Source: an uncultured Ignavibacteria bacterium
GTDB taxonomy: Bacteria > Zixibacteria > MSB-5A5 > WJJR01
Reading direction: 5' to 3'
Length of the DNA: 64,000 nt
Assembly: GCA_964440935.1 (NCBI GenBank)
Contig: CAYTTY010000012.1
Span: 12,873 to 76,872 of the forward strand
Shown here: positions 38,881 to 47,907 of the stretch, in pieces
How positions within the stretch are numbered: the stretch's first letter is position 1
Layout of the letters: each line of letters begins with the position of its first letter
Made by a program: the position numbers and the translations under genes
Notes under the pieces: generated by a model
What the model was told of the DNA's origin: nothing
Seen by the model: only the letters and a program-made list of their open reading frames with translations
Database searches by the model: none

Positions 38881-39393
38881 TTACTCTTCCTCGATCATTC
38901 CCGGAATCGGAGCTATCGTCATGATGCCGGATTCGAGGTCGATGTTGGTGATGAATTCCGTGACCGCCGGAATCATGAACTCCCGATCGTTGTGTTGACA
39001 GACATAGACGTCGTTGGCCGCATTTTCAATAATCTCGATAATCTCGCCGACGTCTTCACCTTCGGTCGTCTGCACCCGCAAGCCGATGATCTGATCGTGA
39101 AAGAACTGCCCTTCCGGCAGTGTGACCCGCTCGGATTCGTCGATAACCAGTTCGCCATTGATCCACGGACGGATATCTTCGGGTGATTCGAACTCCTCGG
39201 TTTCAATCAGCACAAAGCCCTTGCCGGATCGCACGCCGGTGATGTGCACGGTCATCGACTTGTTGCGCGCCGTGAGAGTCACCTCGTCGAGTTCTTCGAA
39301 GCGCTCCCAGTTGTCCGCGTATGGCCAGAGGCGAAACACCCCTTCGACCCCGTGGGCCTTGCCGATGCGTCCCAACGCGACGGGGTCATTCAT
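38881..39393 (-). CDS. rimM: 16S rRNA processing protein RimM
   Basis: LGRIGKAHGVEGVFRL (RimM N-terminal) plus a PRC-barrel C-terminus. Lies between rpsP and trmD. Confidence 0.8.
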   Translation of the reverse strand: MNDPVALGRIGKAHGVEGVFRLWPYADNWERFEELDEVTLTARNKSMTVHITGVRSGKGFVLIETEEFESPEDIRPWINGELVIDESERVTLPEGQFFHDQIIGLRVQTTEGEDVGEIIEIIENAANDVYVCQHNDREFMIPAVTEFITNIDLESGIMTIAPIPGMIEEE

Positions 39394-39423
39394 GATCGTG
39401 CGGTCCCGGGTGTGGGTCCGACC

Positions 39424-39942
39424 TTACGACTCAGATTTCTCCTCGGTGGGCGCCTCGGTGGGCGCCTCCGTGGCTTCCTCACCGCCCTCGGCCGGCTTTT
39501 CTGCCTCAGCGGCCTTGGCTTTCTCAGCGGCTTTGGCTTCTTCAGCCTTCTTGGTTTCGTCAGCCGCTTTCTTGTCGGCCTCTTCCTGGGCGACCATCTT
39601 GGCCCGCTCTTTCTTCTTGGCTTTGTGCGGGCGCTCGGTAATGGCGTCTTTGACGTCCATCCCCGTGATGTCCTCGCCGTTCTGCGCCTTTTCCCAAATC
39701 TGCGTCATGCCGCACTGGCGAAAGAGCGTGTTGACCGTATTCGACGGGGTCGCGCCTTTGCGCAACCAGTCGAGTGTACGCTCGACATTGACCTTCAATT
39801 TTGCCGGACGTTCGAGCGGACGGTACCAGCCGAGCACTTCGAGAAACCGGCCGTCTCGCGGCATGCGCGAGTCGGTCGCCACAAAGCGGTACATCGGCTG
39901 TTTCTTCTTGCCCATGCGGCGCAGACGAATCTTAACGGACAA
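39424..39942 (-). CDS. rpsP: 30S ribosomal protein S16 with a ~85-aa Lys/Ala/Glu-rich C-terminal extension
   Basis: MSVKIRLRRMGKKKQPMYRFVATDSRMPRDGRFLEVLGWYRP is the S16 core. The tail ...KKAADETKKAEEAKAAEKAKAAEAEKPAEGGEEATEAPTEAPTEEKSES is in the same ORF. Confidence 0.85.
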   Translation of the reverse strand: MSVKIRLRRMGKKKQPMYRFVATDSRMPRDGRFLEVLGWYRPLERPAKLKVNVERTLDWLRKGATPSNTVNTLFRQCGMTQIWEKAQNGEDITGMDVKDAITERPHKAKKKERAKMVAQEEADKKAADETKKAEEAKAAEKAKAAEAEKPAEGGEEATEAPTEAPTEEKSES

Positions 39943-40066
39943 TGTGTTACCTCCCTACTAATGACCTATGATGTCTACAAACTGAATTCGCGTTTGCTCA
40001 CCGTTCTTTGTAGCGCGGCCGCCTCGGCCGCTCTGAGCAGGCGAGGCGCCTGCACTACAATAATCG

Positions 40067-41389
40067 CTATAACGGAAACGGCATCTTCGGCATGCCCTTC
40101 ATACCGCCCTTGCTCATCTGTTTGATCATCTTCTTCATCATCTGGAACTGCTTGAGCAGCCGGTTGACGTCCTGAATCGTGTTGCCGCTGCCCTTGGCGA
40201 TGCGCATGCGGCGCGAACCGTTGAGCACCTCCGGATGACGGCGCTCGTACGGTGTCATCGAGAGGATCATCGCTTCCATGCGGGCCTGCGCGCGTTCGTC
40301 GACCTGCATCCCCTTCAACTGCTTGCCGACACCGGGGATCATGCCGAGGACCGATTCGAGCGGACCCATCTTCTTCAACTGCTGCAACTGCTCATAGAAG
40401 TCTTCGAAATCAAACTGGGCTTTGCGCAGTTTGTCTTCGAGCGCGGCGGCATTGTCCTCATCAAAGTTCTCTTGTGCCTTTTCGACGAGCGAGACAACGT
40501 CGCCCATGCCCAGGATGCGCGAGACCATACGGTCGGGATGGAACGGTTCGAGCCCGTCGAGCTTCTCCCCCGTCCCGACAAACAGGATCGGCACGCCGGT
40601 CGCTTTGACAACGGATAGCGCCGCGCCCCCACGGGCGTCGCCATCGATCTTGGTGAAAATGACACCGTCAATGCCGATGCGTTCGGCGAATGATGACGCC
40701 GATGTAACCGCGTCCTGACCGGTGAGTGCATCAGCGACGAAGAACGTTTCGGTCGGCTCGACCTTCTCTTTAATCAACGAGACTTCACCCATCAATTGGT
40801 CGTCGATATGCAACCGTCCGGCGGTGTCGAGGATAATCAAGTCGGCGCCGGCGTCGGTTGCGGTCTGTACACCCTTGACAGCCACGTCGACCGGGTTGCC
40901 ACTGCCGGTGTGCACGTCGACACCGACCTGCTTACCGAGTGTTTTGAGCTGTTCGATGGCGGCGGGACGTTGCAGGTCGGCGGCAATCATGTGCGGTTTG
41001 CGTCCGGCTTTCTTGAAATGCATCGCGAGTTTGCCGCACGTGGTCGTTTTACCCGATCCCTGCAAACCGACAAGCATCCAGATCGTTGGCTGCGGTGACT
41101 TGGCGAAGTGCACCGGACGGTGCTGGCCGCCGAGCAGATCGACCATCTTGTCGTAGATGATCTTGATCATCTGCTGGCCAGGGGTGACCGACTGCAGGAC
41201 CTTGTCGCCCATGCTCTCGGTCTGCACGTCGTCGAGGAACGACTTGACGACCTTATAGTTGACGTCCGCCTCGAGCAGGGCGCGACGCACCTGCTTGAGC
41301 GCATCTTTGACGTTGGCCTCGGTGATCTTACCGTGGCCCCGGAGCGTCTTAAAGACACTGTCGAGTCGGTCGCTCAGATTCGAAAACAT
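40067..41389 (-). CDS. ffh: Signal recognition particle protein Ffh
   Basis: NG domain with GLQGSGKTTT, DTAGR and the SRP54 pattern. The C-terminal M domain is Met-rich (...KKMIKQMSKGGMKGMPKMPFPL). Confidence 0.9.
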   Translation of the reverse strand: MFSNLSDRLDSVFKTLRGHGKITEANVKDALKQVRRALLEADVNYKVVKSFLDDVQTESMGDKVLQSVTPGQQMIKIIYDKMVDLLGGQHRPVHFAKSPQPTIWMLVGLQGSGKTTTCGKLAMHFKKAGRKPHMIAADLQRPAAIEQLKTLGKQVGVDVHTGSGNPVDVAVKGVQTATDAGADLIILDTAGRLHIDDQLMGEVSLIKEKVEPTETFFVADALTGQDAVTSASSFAERIGIDGVIFTKIDGDARGGAALSVVKATGVPILFVGTGEKLDGLEPFHPDRMVSRILGMGDVVSLVEKAQENFDEDNAAALEDKLRKAQFDFEDFYEQLQQLKKMGPLESVLGMIPGVGKQLKGMQVDERAQARMEAMILSMTPYERRHPEVLNGSRRMRIAKGSGNTIQDVNRLLKQFQMMKKMIKQMSKGGMKGMPKMPFPL

Positions 41390-41773
41390 GCTACTTCACC
41401 CTCAAGGACATCCGTACGGGGACGCCTTCGACTACAAACGTTAAAACAGCGCCGACCGATGGACCTGGATCGGCGCAAATGGCTAAGGTACAAAAGATTT
41501 GGAGGAAATCAATTGGGATTGTGGGGGGTGAAGAAGGGCCAAGTGTCAGCCACCCAAACGGCTCCGACAGCAATCCATTGTATCACAACATCTTAGATGC
41601 CATCGATACTGTCATCCCCGCGAGTATCTCGTCCAGCGAAGTGGACGAGATGCGAAAGCGGGGATCCAGTGGCATTGGGGGAGAGGCGACCCCTCATCTC
41701 CCGGGTTTCACCCTGCAACGATTCGGCCGCTTCCGCTGTAGAATATTGCCCTGCGGGATATTGAAACTGGAAG

Positions 41774-41780
41774 AGGAGGA
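41774..41780 (+). promoter_or_regulatory. Shine-Dalgarno AGGAGGA, 8 nt upstream of the degP ATG
   Basis: AAGAGGAGGATTTCAGGATG. Confidence 0.5.
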
Positions 41781-41787
41781 TTTCAGG

Positions 41788-43263
41788 ATGATACAGACTC
41801 GTGACCGATTCGGTGGACGGTTGGCGGCGGTGCCGGCTCTGTTGGTGGTGGTGGTAGTTATCTCGTTGATGGCGTTACCGTCGCCGGCGCAGGACACCGA
41901 CCGGCCGACACCATTGGTCGGCGAATACGAAATTCGCACGCTGCGCGACCTGAGCGATGCGTTTATTCACATTTCCGAGACGGTGCGGCCGACAGTGGTG
42001 ACCGTGTCGACCGAACGCATTGTTACGCGCCAAATGGTCAACCCGTTCGGCAACCATCCGTTTTTCGAACGCTTCTTCGGGCCGCAACCCGATCAGCCGG
42101 AACAGCGCGAGTTTCGTCAGCGCGGATTGGGCTCCGGTGTGATTGTCAGTCAAGACGGTCTCGTGCTGACCAACAACCACGTGGTCGCGAATACCGACAG
42201 CATCTTCATCCGCACCTACAATGAACGCCGCTTCACCGCAACGATTGTTGGCCGCGACGAAAAGACCGACATCGCGGTCCTGCGCATCGATGCCGATGAT
42301 CTGACACCGATTGCCATCGGCGACAGCGAAACATTGAAAGTCGGCGAAATCGTGATGGCGATCGGCAGCCCGATGAGCGAGAATTTGGCGTACACGGTGA
42401 CACAGGGCATTGTCAGCGCCACCGGGCGGTCGAATGTCGGGCTGGCTGATTACGAGGACTTTATCCAAACCGACGCGGCAATCAACCCCGGCAACTCGGG
42501 CGGACCGTTGGTGAATCTCGACGGTGAGCTGGTCGGCATCAATACCGCCATCGCTTCGCGCACCGGCGGTTTCATGGGCATCGGCTTCGCCGTCCCGGTG
42601 AATATGGCGATGAACATTATGACATCGCTGGTTGAAGAAGGACGCGTCGTGCGCGGCTGGCTGGGCGTCGTGATTCAGGACGTCAACGAACAGCTCGCGT
42701 CGGCGATGGGACTCGATGAAATCACCGGTGTGCTGGTCGGCGACGTGACACCCGACAGCCCGTCGGACAAAGCGGGAGTCGAAGCGGGCGATGTCATCAC
42801 CGAACTGAACGGACGCGAGGTCGAATCGGTGCAGGACCTGCGCAATTCGATTGCGGCGACACGTCCCGGAACCGACGTCACACTCACGGTCATTCGCGAT
42901 GACCAAACGCAAAACATCACGGTGACACTCGGCGAGCTGCCGGGCGACGGTGCAATCGCCGCGGCCACTGGTTCGCTCGAAGAACTGCTGGGGTTTTCGT
43001 ACAACACGCTCACCAATGCGCTGGCTGAACGGTACGGGATTGATGAGACGTATCGCGGTGTCGTGGTCACGTCGATCGATCCGGTGAGTGCGGCGTATCG
43101 CGCGGGCGTGCGCGAAGGCGACTTGATTCATGCGGCCGAACGTATTCGTGTCGAAACCGAAGAGGAATTCAACAACGCGCTCAGCGGCAAAGACAAAGGT
43201 GACAATGTGCTGTTGCACATCAATCGCGGCGGGCAGAGTTTCTTTGTGGCGTTTGCGCTGTAG
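41788..43263 (+). CDS. degP: Periplasmic serine endoprotease DegP/HtrA with two PDZ domains
   Basis: The start at 41788 gives a signal peptide (LAAVPALLVVVVVISLMALPSPAQ). Trypsin-like catalytic triad context (...TNNHVVAN..., ...DIAVLRID..., GNSGGPLVN), then 2 PDZ domains. The upstream ORF extension from 41479 is not protein-like. Confidence 0.85.
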   Translation: MIQTRDRFGGRLAAVPALLVVVVVISLMALPSPAQDTDRPTPLVGEYEIRTLRDLSDAFIHISETVRPTVVTVSTERIVTRQMVNPFGNHPFFERFFGPQPDQPEQREFRQRGLGSGVIVSQDGLVLTNNHVVANTDSIFIRTYNERRFTATIVGRDEKTDIAVLRIDADDLTPIAIGDSETLKVGEIVMAIGSPMSENLAYTVTQGIVSATGRSNVGLADYEDFIQTDAAINPGNSGGPLVNLDGELVGINTAIASRTGGFMGIGFAVPVNMAMNIMTSLVEEGRVVRGWLGVVIQDVNEQLASAMGLDEITGVLVGDVTPDSPSDKAGVEAGDVITELNGREVESVQDLRNSIAATRPGTDVTLTVIRDDQTQNITVTLGELPGDGAIAAATGSLEELLGFSYNTLTNALAERYGIDETYRGVVVTSIDPVSAAYRAGVREGDLIHAAERIRVETEEEFNNALSGKDKGDNVLLHINRGGQSFFVAFAL

Positions 43264-43397
43264 TTGTTCACCGGCATTGTCATTCTGAACGGAGTGAGGA
43301 AACTGCTGCTTGCGCGTGGCGGGGGTATCAAGAGCAGATCCCTCGCTTCGCTCGGGATGACACATTGATCTTGGTACACCGGGCATCGGTTGTTGTA

Positions 43398-43653
43398 TAG
43401 CAATTGTCATAAATCCTTTCCGTTTGGATCAGGGTGCCACGGGCCTTTAGGGGTGTGTCGCACCCCCCCCGAGAATCAGAGCCTTCGGGAGGGCGAGCCT
43501 CCCGGCGAGCCGCAACGGCATGTTCCACACGGCGGCTCGGCGGGAGCCTCGCCCTCCCCAGTCTGAGGTGATGATAGACAGCAGGTTTTTCAACACGCCC
43601 CTTTAGGCCCGTGGTATTCAAATACAAACGGACAATACTTCTGACAATAGCTC
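43398..43653. mobile_element. Non-autonomous MITE (256 bp) with IS630-type ends TAGCAATTGTCA...TGACAATAGCTC, flanked by a TA duplication (43396-43397, 43654-43655)
   Basis: The left end TATAGCAATTGTCATAAATCCTTTCCGTTTGG closely matches the RC of the IS630 right end (36604-36635). The right end CAAACGGACAATACTTCTGACAATAGCTCTA matches the IS right end. The interior has no ORF and forms long hairpins, for example GGGAGGGCGAGCCTCCCGGCGAGCCGC...GCGGCTCGGCGGGAGCCTCGCCCTCCC. Confidence 0.6.
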
Positions 43654-43829
43654 TAGTGTCGTGTCCCGGAAATAGCTTAAAGAAGTCGCTTCCACGCCGC
43701 GTGCCGTCATGCGCCCTCGCATGACGGCTATCTTCTTTCCGGACAAGGCGTCACCCGAGGGCGGGTGACGCCACGGGGTACAATTTCGTATAGAAACTGA
43801 TGAACCGTATTTCTGGGACACGACACTAG
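43652..43829. repeat. 15-bp inverted repeat CTAGTGTCGTGTCCC...GGGACACGACACTAG enclosing two perfect 11-bp-stem hairpins (43703-43728 and 43747-43772)
   Basis: GCCGTCATGCG-CCCT-CGCATGACGGC and GGCGTCACCCG-AGGG-CGGGTGACGCC lie between the 15-bp inverted repeats, immediately abutting the MITE's right end. Confidence 0.5.
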
Positions 43830-43835
43830 AACGGT

Positions 43836-43864
43836 CGCCTCGGCCGTTTGGTCCGGCCGAGGCG
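43836..43864. repeat. Perfect 11-bp-stem hairpin CGCCTCGGCCG-TTTGGTC-CGGCCGAGGCG, containing the CGGCCGAGGCGGCCGC motif also found at 40015-40031
   Basis: Lies 3' of the PASTA gene (minus strand) but has no T-tract. It shares a 16-nt GC-rich core with a hairpin between rpsP and ffh. Confidence 0.45.
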
Positions 43865-43927
43865 GCCGCTCTACATGTTGTCGAGATCTGCGTGCGGACA
43901 GGAATGACCGCACCGCTTACGATCGAG

Positions 43928-44704
43928 CTACTGATCCCGCGAAATGACCAGATCGATTTCGATACCGGAATCGAGTTCTTCGCCGGGGGCGTGCGACTGG
44001 GCAATGATGGTGCCAGGAAGGAGAGTGGTATCATAGCGGCGGTCGACGGAGCCGATGAGCAGTGCACGGTCGCGGAGGATCTGGCGGGCTTCTTCGATAT
44101 TGAGACCGACGAGATTGGGACACCAGGTGCTGCGCCGATCGGTCTGTTCATTGACGAGGAGATTGACCACCCCGCCGCGCGGCAGACTGCTGCCGGCGCC
44201 GGGGATGGTGCGTACCACGGTGCCGACCGGAACCGGATTCGACGTCGTATCGCGTTCACCAGCGCGTCCGCCGACGTGCAAACCCGCCTGCGTCAGAATC
44301 AGCTCGGCCTGGCGTGGTGTGTAGCCGCGCACATGCGGAACGTCAATTAATTCCGATCCACGTGAGACGACCAAACTGAACACACGTCCGTCTTTGATCG
44401 GTGCACCGGCCGGTGGACGTTGTTCGAGAATGGTGCCGTCGGGACTGTCGGGTGAGAACCGTCGCTCGGCAATCTTCATCGACGATCCAATGGCTTCGAG
44501 CCGCTCTTGTGCGGCGTGTATCGACTGATTGACCAGGTCGGGCGCGGGAAATTCATCGCCGTGACGGGTGTACCACGGCATGACAATTTCATCGACAATC
44601 AACAGCAACGCGAACGCGGCGATGATCGGTACAACGATCCACGTGACGGGAATGCGAACCCACCGCGGCTGCCGTGTCCAGATGTCGCGGAGTGTGCCCA
44701 TCAT
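43928..44704 (-). CDS. Membrane-anchored PASTA-domain protein (3 PASTA repeats, no kinase or transpeptidase domain)
   Basis: N-terminal TM (WIVVPIIAAFALLLIV), then three ~65-aa repeats with the PASTA pattern (PDLVNQSIHAAQERLEAIG..., IDVPHVRGYTPRQAELILTQAGLHVG..., PNLVGLNIEEARQILRDRALLIG...). Confidence 0.65.
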   Translation of the reverse strand: MMGTLRDIWTRQPRWVRIPVTWIVVPIIAAFALLLIVDEIVMPWYTRHGDEFPAPDLVNQSIHAAQERLEAIGSSMKIAERRFSPDSPDGTILEQRPPAGAPIKDGRVFSLVVSRGSELIDVPHVRGYTPRQAELILTQAGLHVGGRAGERDTTSNPVPVGTVVRTIPGAGSSLPRGGVVNLLVNEQTDRRSTWCPNLVGLNIEEARQILRDRALLIGSVDRRYDTTLLPGTIIAQSHAPGEELDSGIEIDLVISRDQ

Positions 44705-46098
44705 CAGTCGGCGGACTTCCGTCGCAGCCGGGCGGCAAAGACACCGTCGAGACCATCGAATGGCGGCCGTGACGCCACGTACCCTTCCTTGGTTACAAAC
44801 TGCCCGGGGACATACGGCGCCGCCGATTCCAATTCGAACTCGTCGTTGGCTTCGAGGAAGGAACGAACGGTGAATTCGTTCTCTTCGGATGTGATTGTGC
44901 AGGTGGCGTACACAAGGACACCGCCGGGCGTGACGTGATTACTGGCCACACTCAGCCAGATGCGTTGCGAACGGGCGAGACGCTCAATATCCGACTGTGT
45001 CTTCACCCAGCGGACTTCGGGATTCTTCGGCAATGTGCCCAGCGCCGAGCAGGGCACATCGGCGAGCACCCGTGGCGCGGTGCGATCCCCGAGTGAGGAG
45101 ACATCGGCCTGAATCGGCAGCATGTTATCGGCGCCAAACCGCTGTTTATTCTCTTCGAGCCGTTTCAACCGTTCGGCACTGCGGTCAACGGCGAACACTT
45201 GGCCCTCGGGTCCGATCATCTCAGAAATCAACAACGACTTGCCGCCGGGCGCAGCAAACAAATCGATCACTTGATCGCCTGGTTGAGGGTCGAGTAATCG
45301 GACGACCAATCCTGACGCCGGATTCTGCACCCAGCCGATCGGTTCAGAATAGAGTGGAGAGTCCGACGTCAGCGCCGCCGTCTCCACTTCCACGTATTCA
45401 TCGAACACCGGATGGGATTTGCCGGAGAGCAGATTCGCGCCGGCCAACAGTTCATTCAGACGCGCGAGACCGGGACCGTCCCTGGCAAGCCGGACATAGT
45501 GATGCGGCGGCGCGTTCGCCCAGCGGGCAATACGATCGATGTGCTCTTCACCGTACTTGGAGATCAGCATTTTGATCAGCCAGTCGGGCATGGAGAGCTT
45601 CTCGGCCGGCGGTGCGCTATCGAGTTGCTCGTGCAGTTGATCGCGTTCACGTGCCGCGCGGCGCAACACCGCGTTGACCAATCCGGCAATCCCCTGGTGC
45701 GAGACGGCCTTGGCCGCTTCGACGGCGGTCGACACAGCCGCATGGGGCGGTATACGATCGCAATCGACCACCTGGAATAGTCCCATCCGCAGAACCCACT
45801 GCACCGGTTCTTTCAACCCTTCGAATTTACCGTCAGTGAGATAATTGGCGCGGTGATCGAGCACGCGCAAACGGCGCAGCACCCCGGCGGCCAAATGAAC
45901 GGCCAGCGCGCGATCGCGTGCGGAGAGCCCGGCCAGCCCGGCGCTATGATCCCACATTTGTTCCAGACGTTCGCCCCCCTTCATGGCGTTGACTGTCAGA
46001 TCATACGCCACCGCACGCGCATTGTTCGCACCGAAGGGGTTAATATTCTTCGTTTCGGGGCGTCGGTTTCGGCGTCCCTGCCGCGAGTTCCTTACCAT
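44704..46098 (-). CDS. rsmB: 16S rRNA (cytosine967-C5)-methyltransferase RsmB (Sun), with an N-terminal NusB-like domain
   Basis: The NusB-like N-terminus is followed by a SAM methyltransferase core with FAAPGGKS and DVPCSALGT (RsmB/Nop2 motifs). Confidence 0.8.
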   Translation of the reverse strand: MVRNSRQGRRNRRPETKNINPFGANNARAVAYDLTVNAMKGGERLEQMWDHSAGLAGLSARDRALAVHLAAGVLRRLRVLDHRANYLTDGKFEGLKEPVQWVLRMGLFQVVDCDRIPPHAAVSTAVEAAKAVSHQGIAGLVNAVLRRAARERDQLHEQLDSAPPAEKLSMPDWLIKMLISKYGEEHIDRIARWANAPPHHYVRLARDGPGLARLNELLAGANLLSGKSHPVFDEYVEVETAALTSDSPLYSEPIGWVQNPASGLVVRLLDPQPGDQVIDLFAAPGGKSLLISEMIGPEGQVFAVDRSAERLKRLEENKQRFGADNMLPIQADVSSLGDRTAPRVLADVPCSALGTLPKNPEVRWVKTQSDIERLARSQRIWLSVASNHVTPGGVLVYATCTITSEENEFTVRSFLEANDEFELESAAPYVPGQFVTKEGYVASRPPFDGLDGVFAARLRRKSAD

Positions 46099-46185
46099 GA
46101 GTCACCTTCCAGTTGCGAGCACCGGAAACCCCAATAGATGTGCGTCTGTCGCCGGTCCCAAGCGAGCACGCACTGTATCTAGTTG

Positions 46186-47907
46186 TTACGGCAGGCCGGG
46201 GAGGTTCATCCCCCGGTCTTTGGCAAATCCGACTGCTTCATCGTACCCGGCGTCGACGTGGCGCATCACCCCGGTCCCGGGATCGTTGACCAAAACGCGC
46301 GACAGGCGGCCGTCGGCGTCCTCCGATCCATCGGCGACGATCACCATGCCGGCGTGGATCGACTGGCCCATGCCGACCCCTCCCCCATGGTGAATCGATA
46401 CCCATCCGGCGCCGGAAACGGCATTGAGCAACCCATTGAGTAGAGGCCAGTCGGCCACAGCGTCGGACGTATCTTTCATGCCCTCCGTCTCGCGATTCGG
46501 TGAAGCGACCGAACCGCAGTCGAGATGATCCCGACCGATGACAATCGGCGCCGAGATCTTTCCGTCGCGCACCAGCTTATTGATGATCAAACCGAACTTG
46601 TCGCGTTCGCCATACCCGAGCCAGCAGATGCGTGCCGGCAATCCCTGGAACTTGACTTTCTCGGAGGCGAGACGAATCCAGCGACACAAGGGTTCATTAT
46701 AGGAGAATTCACGAAGGATTACGTCATCGGTGACGGCAATATCCTTGGGGTCGCCGGAGAGCGCCACCCAGCGGAACGGTCCTTTGCCATAGCAGAATAA
46801 CGGACGGATATATGCCGGCACAAATCCGGGATACTCGAACGCGTTTTCGTAGCCTGCTTTCTGTGCCTGTCCGCGCAGATTATTGCCGTAGTCGAATGCA
46901 ATGGCGCCGGCTTTCTGCATCGCCACAATCGCCTGGCAATGCCACGCCATCGAATCGAACGAACGACGGATGTACTCGTCGGGATCCTCGACGCGCATTT
47001 GTGCGGCCTCGGAGACAGACAGTCCCGACGGCACATAACCGTAGAGTTCGTCATGCGCCGACGTCTGATCGGTGACGACATCCGGAATGACATTGCGCTT
47101 GACCATTTCAGGAAGAACGTCAGCGCAGTTGCCGACCAACCCGATCGACAACGGTTGCTTCTTTGCAACGGCGTCGTTCACCCAGTTTAGTGCTTCATCG
47201 AGAGATGATGTCTTGCGATCACAATACGCGGTCTTGATGCGGCGGTCGATACGCGCTTCATCGACCTCGACAACCAACGCGATGCCGCCGTTGAGAGTCA
47301 CCGCCAACGGTTGCGCACCACCCATGCCGCCCATCCCGCCGGTGAGCACCCATCGACCGGCAAGGCTGCCGTCGAAGTGACGGGTGGCCAGCGATGCGAG
47401 TGTCTCGTAGGTGCCCTGCAGGATGCCCTGTGTGCCGATGTAAATCCAGGATCCGGCGGTCATCTGGCCGAACATCATCAGTCCAAGAGCATCGAGCCGG
47501 CGGAACTCCTCCCAGTTGGCCCAATTGCCAACGAGGTTGGAGTTGGCAATCAGAACACGCGGCGCCGACGGCTGTGTCTTGAATATGCCGACCGGCTTGC
47601 CCGATTGGACCAGCAGTGTTTCGTCGTTTTCCAAATCCTTCAGCGACGCGATAATCGTGTGAAAACAGTCCCAGTTGCGTGCGGCCTTGCCGGAGCCGCC
47701 GTAGACAATCAACTCGTCGGGCTTCTCGGCCACATCCGGGTCGAGATTGTTCTGGATCATGCGGAACGCGGCTTCCTGAATCCATCCCTTGCACGTACGT
47801 TCACTGCCCCGTGGCGCGCGGACGGCAGTGGCCGGCGCGCCGGCTGCCGTTGTCATTGCATCTGGTGTTGTGGCCATGGCTGTACTCCTCAATTGCAGAA
47901 CCGTCAT
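46186..47907 (-). CDS. hutU: Urocanate hydratase
   Basis: 573 aa. Matches urocanase along its full length (...[22 protein letters not shown]...[13 protein letters not shown]...[13 protein letters not shown]...). Confidence 0.9.
   Translation of the reverse strand: MTVLQLRSTAMATTPDAMTTAAGAPATAVRAPRGSERTCKGWIQEAAFRMIQNNLDPDVAEKPDELIVYGGSGKAARNWDCFHTIIASLKDLENDETLLVQSGKPVGIFKTQPSAPRVLIANSNLVGNWANWEEFRRLDALGLMMFGQMTAGSWIYIGTQGILQGTYETLASLATRHFDGSLAGRWVLTGGMGGMGGAQPLAVTLNGGIALVVEVDEARIDRRIKTAYCDRKTSSLDEALNWVNDAVAKKQPLSIGLVGNCADVLPEMVKRNVIPDVVTDQTSAHDELYGYVPSGLSVSEAAQMRVEDPDEYIRRSFDSMAWHCQAIVAMQKAGAIAFDYGNNLRGQAQKAGYENAFEYPGFVPAYIRPLFCYGKGPFRWVALSGDPKDIAVTDDVILREFSYNEPLCRWIRLASEKVKFQGLPARICWLGYGERDKFGLIINKLVRDGKISAPIVIGRDHLDCGSVASPNRETEGMKDTSDAVADWPLLNGLLNAVSGAGWVSIHHGGGVGMGQSIHAGMVIVADGSEDADGRLSRVLVNDPGTGVMRHVDAGYDEAVGFAKDRGMNLPGLP

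Noticed and set aside
41390-41787. SRP RNA (4.5S / ffs) next to ffh
   Set aside because: The ffh-degP intergenic region does not contain the conserved SRP RNA domain IV (the GGAA/AGCAG tetraloop region). It is better explained as a divergent promoter region.
43264-43927. Possible CRISPR array, given the many short palindromes
   Set aside because: The repeats are hairpins of differing sequence, not regularly spaced direct repeats with unique spacers. No cas genes are nearby.
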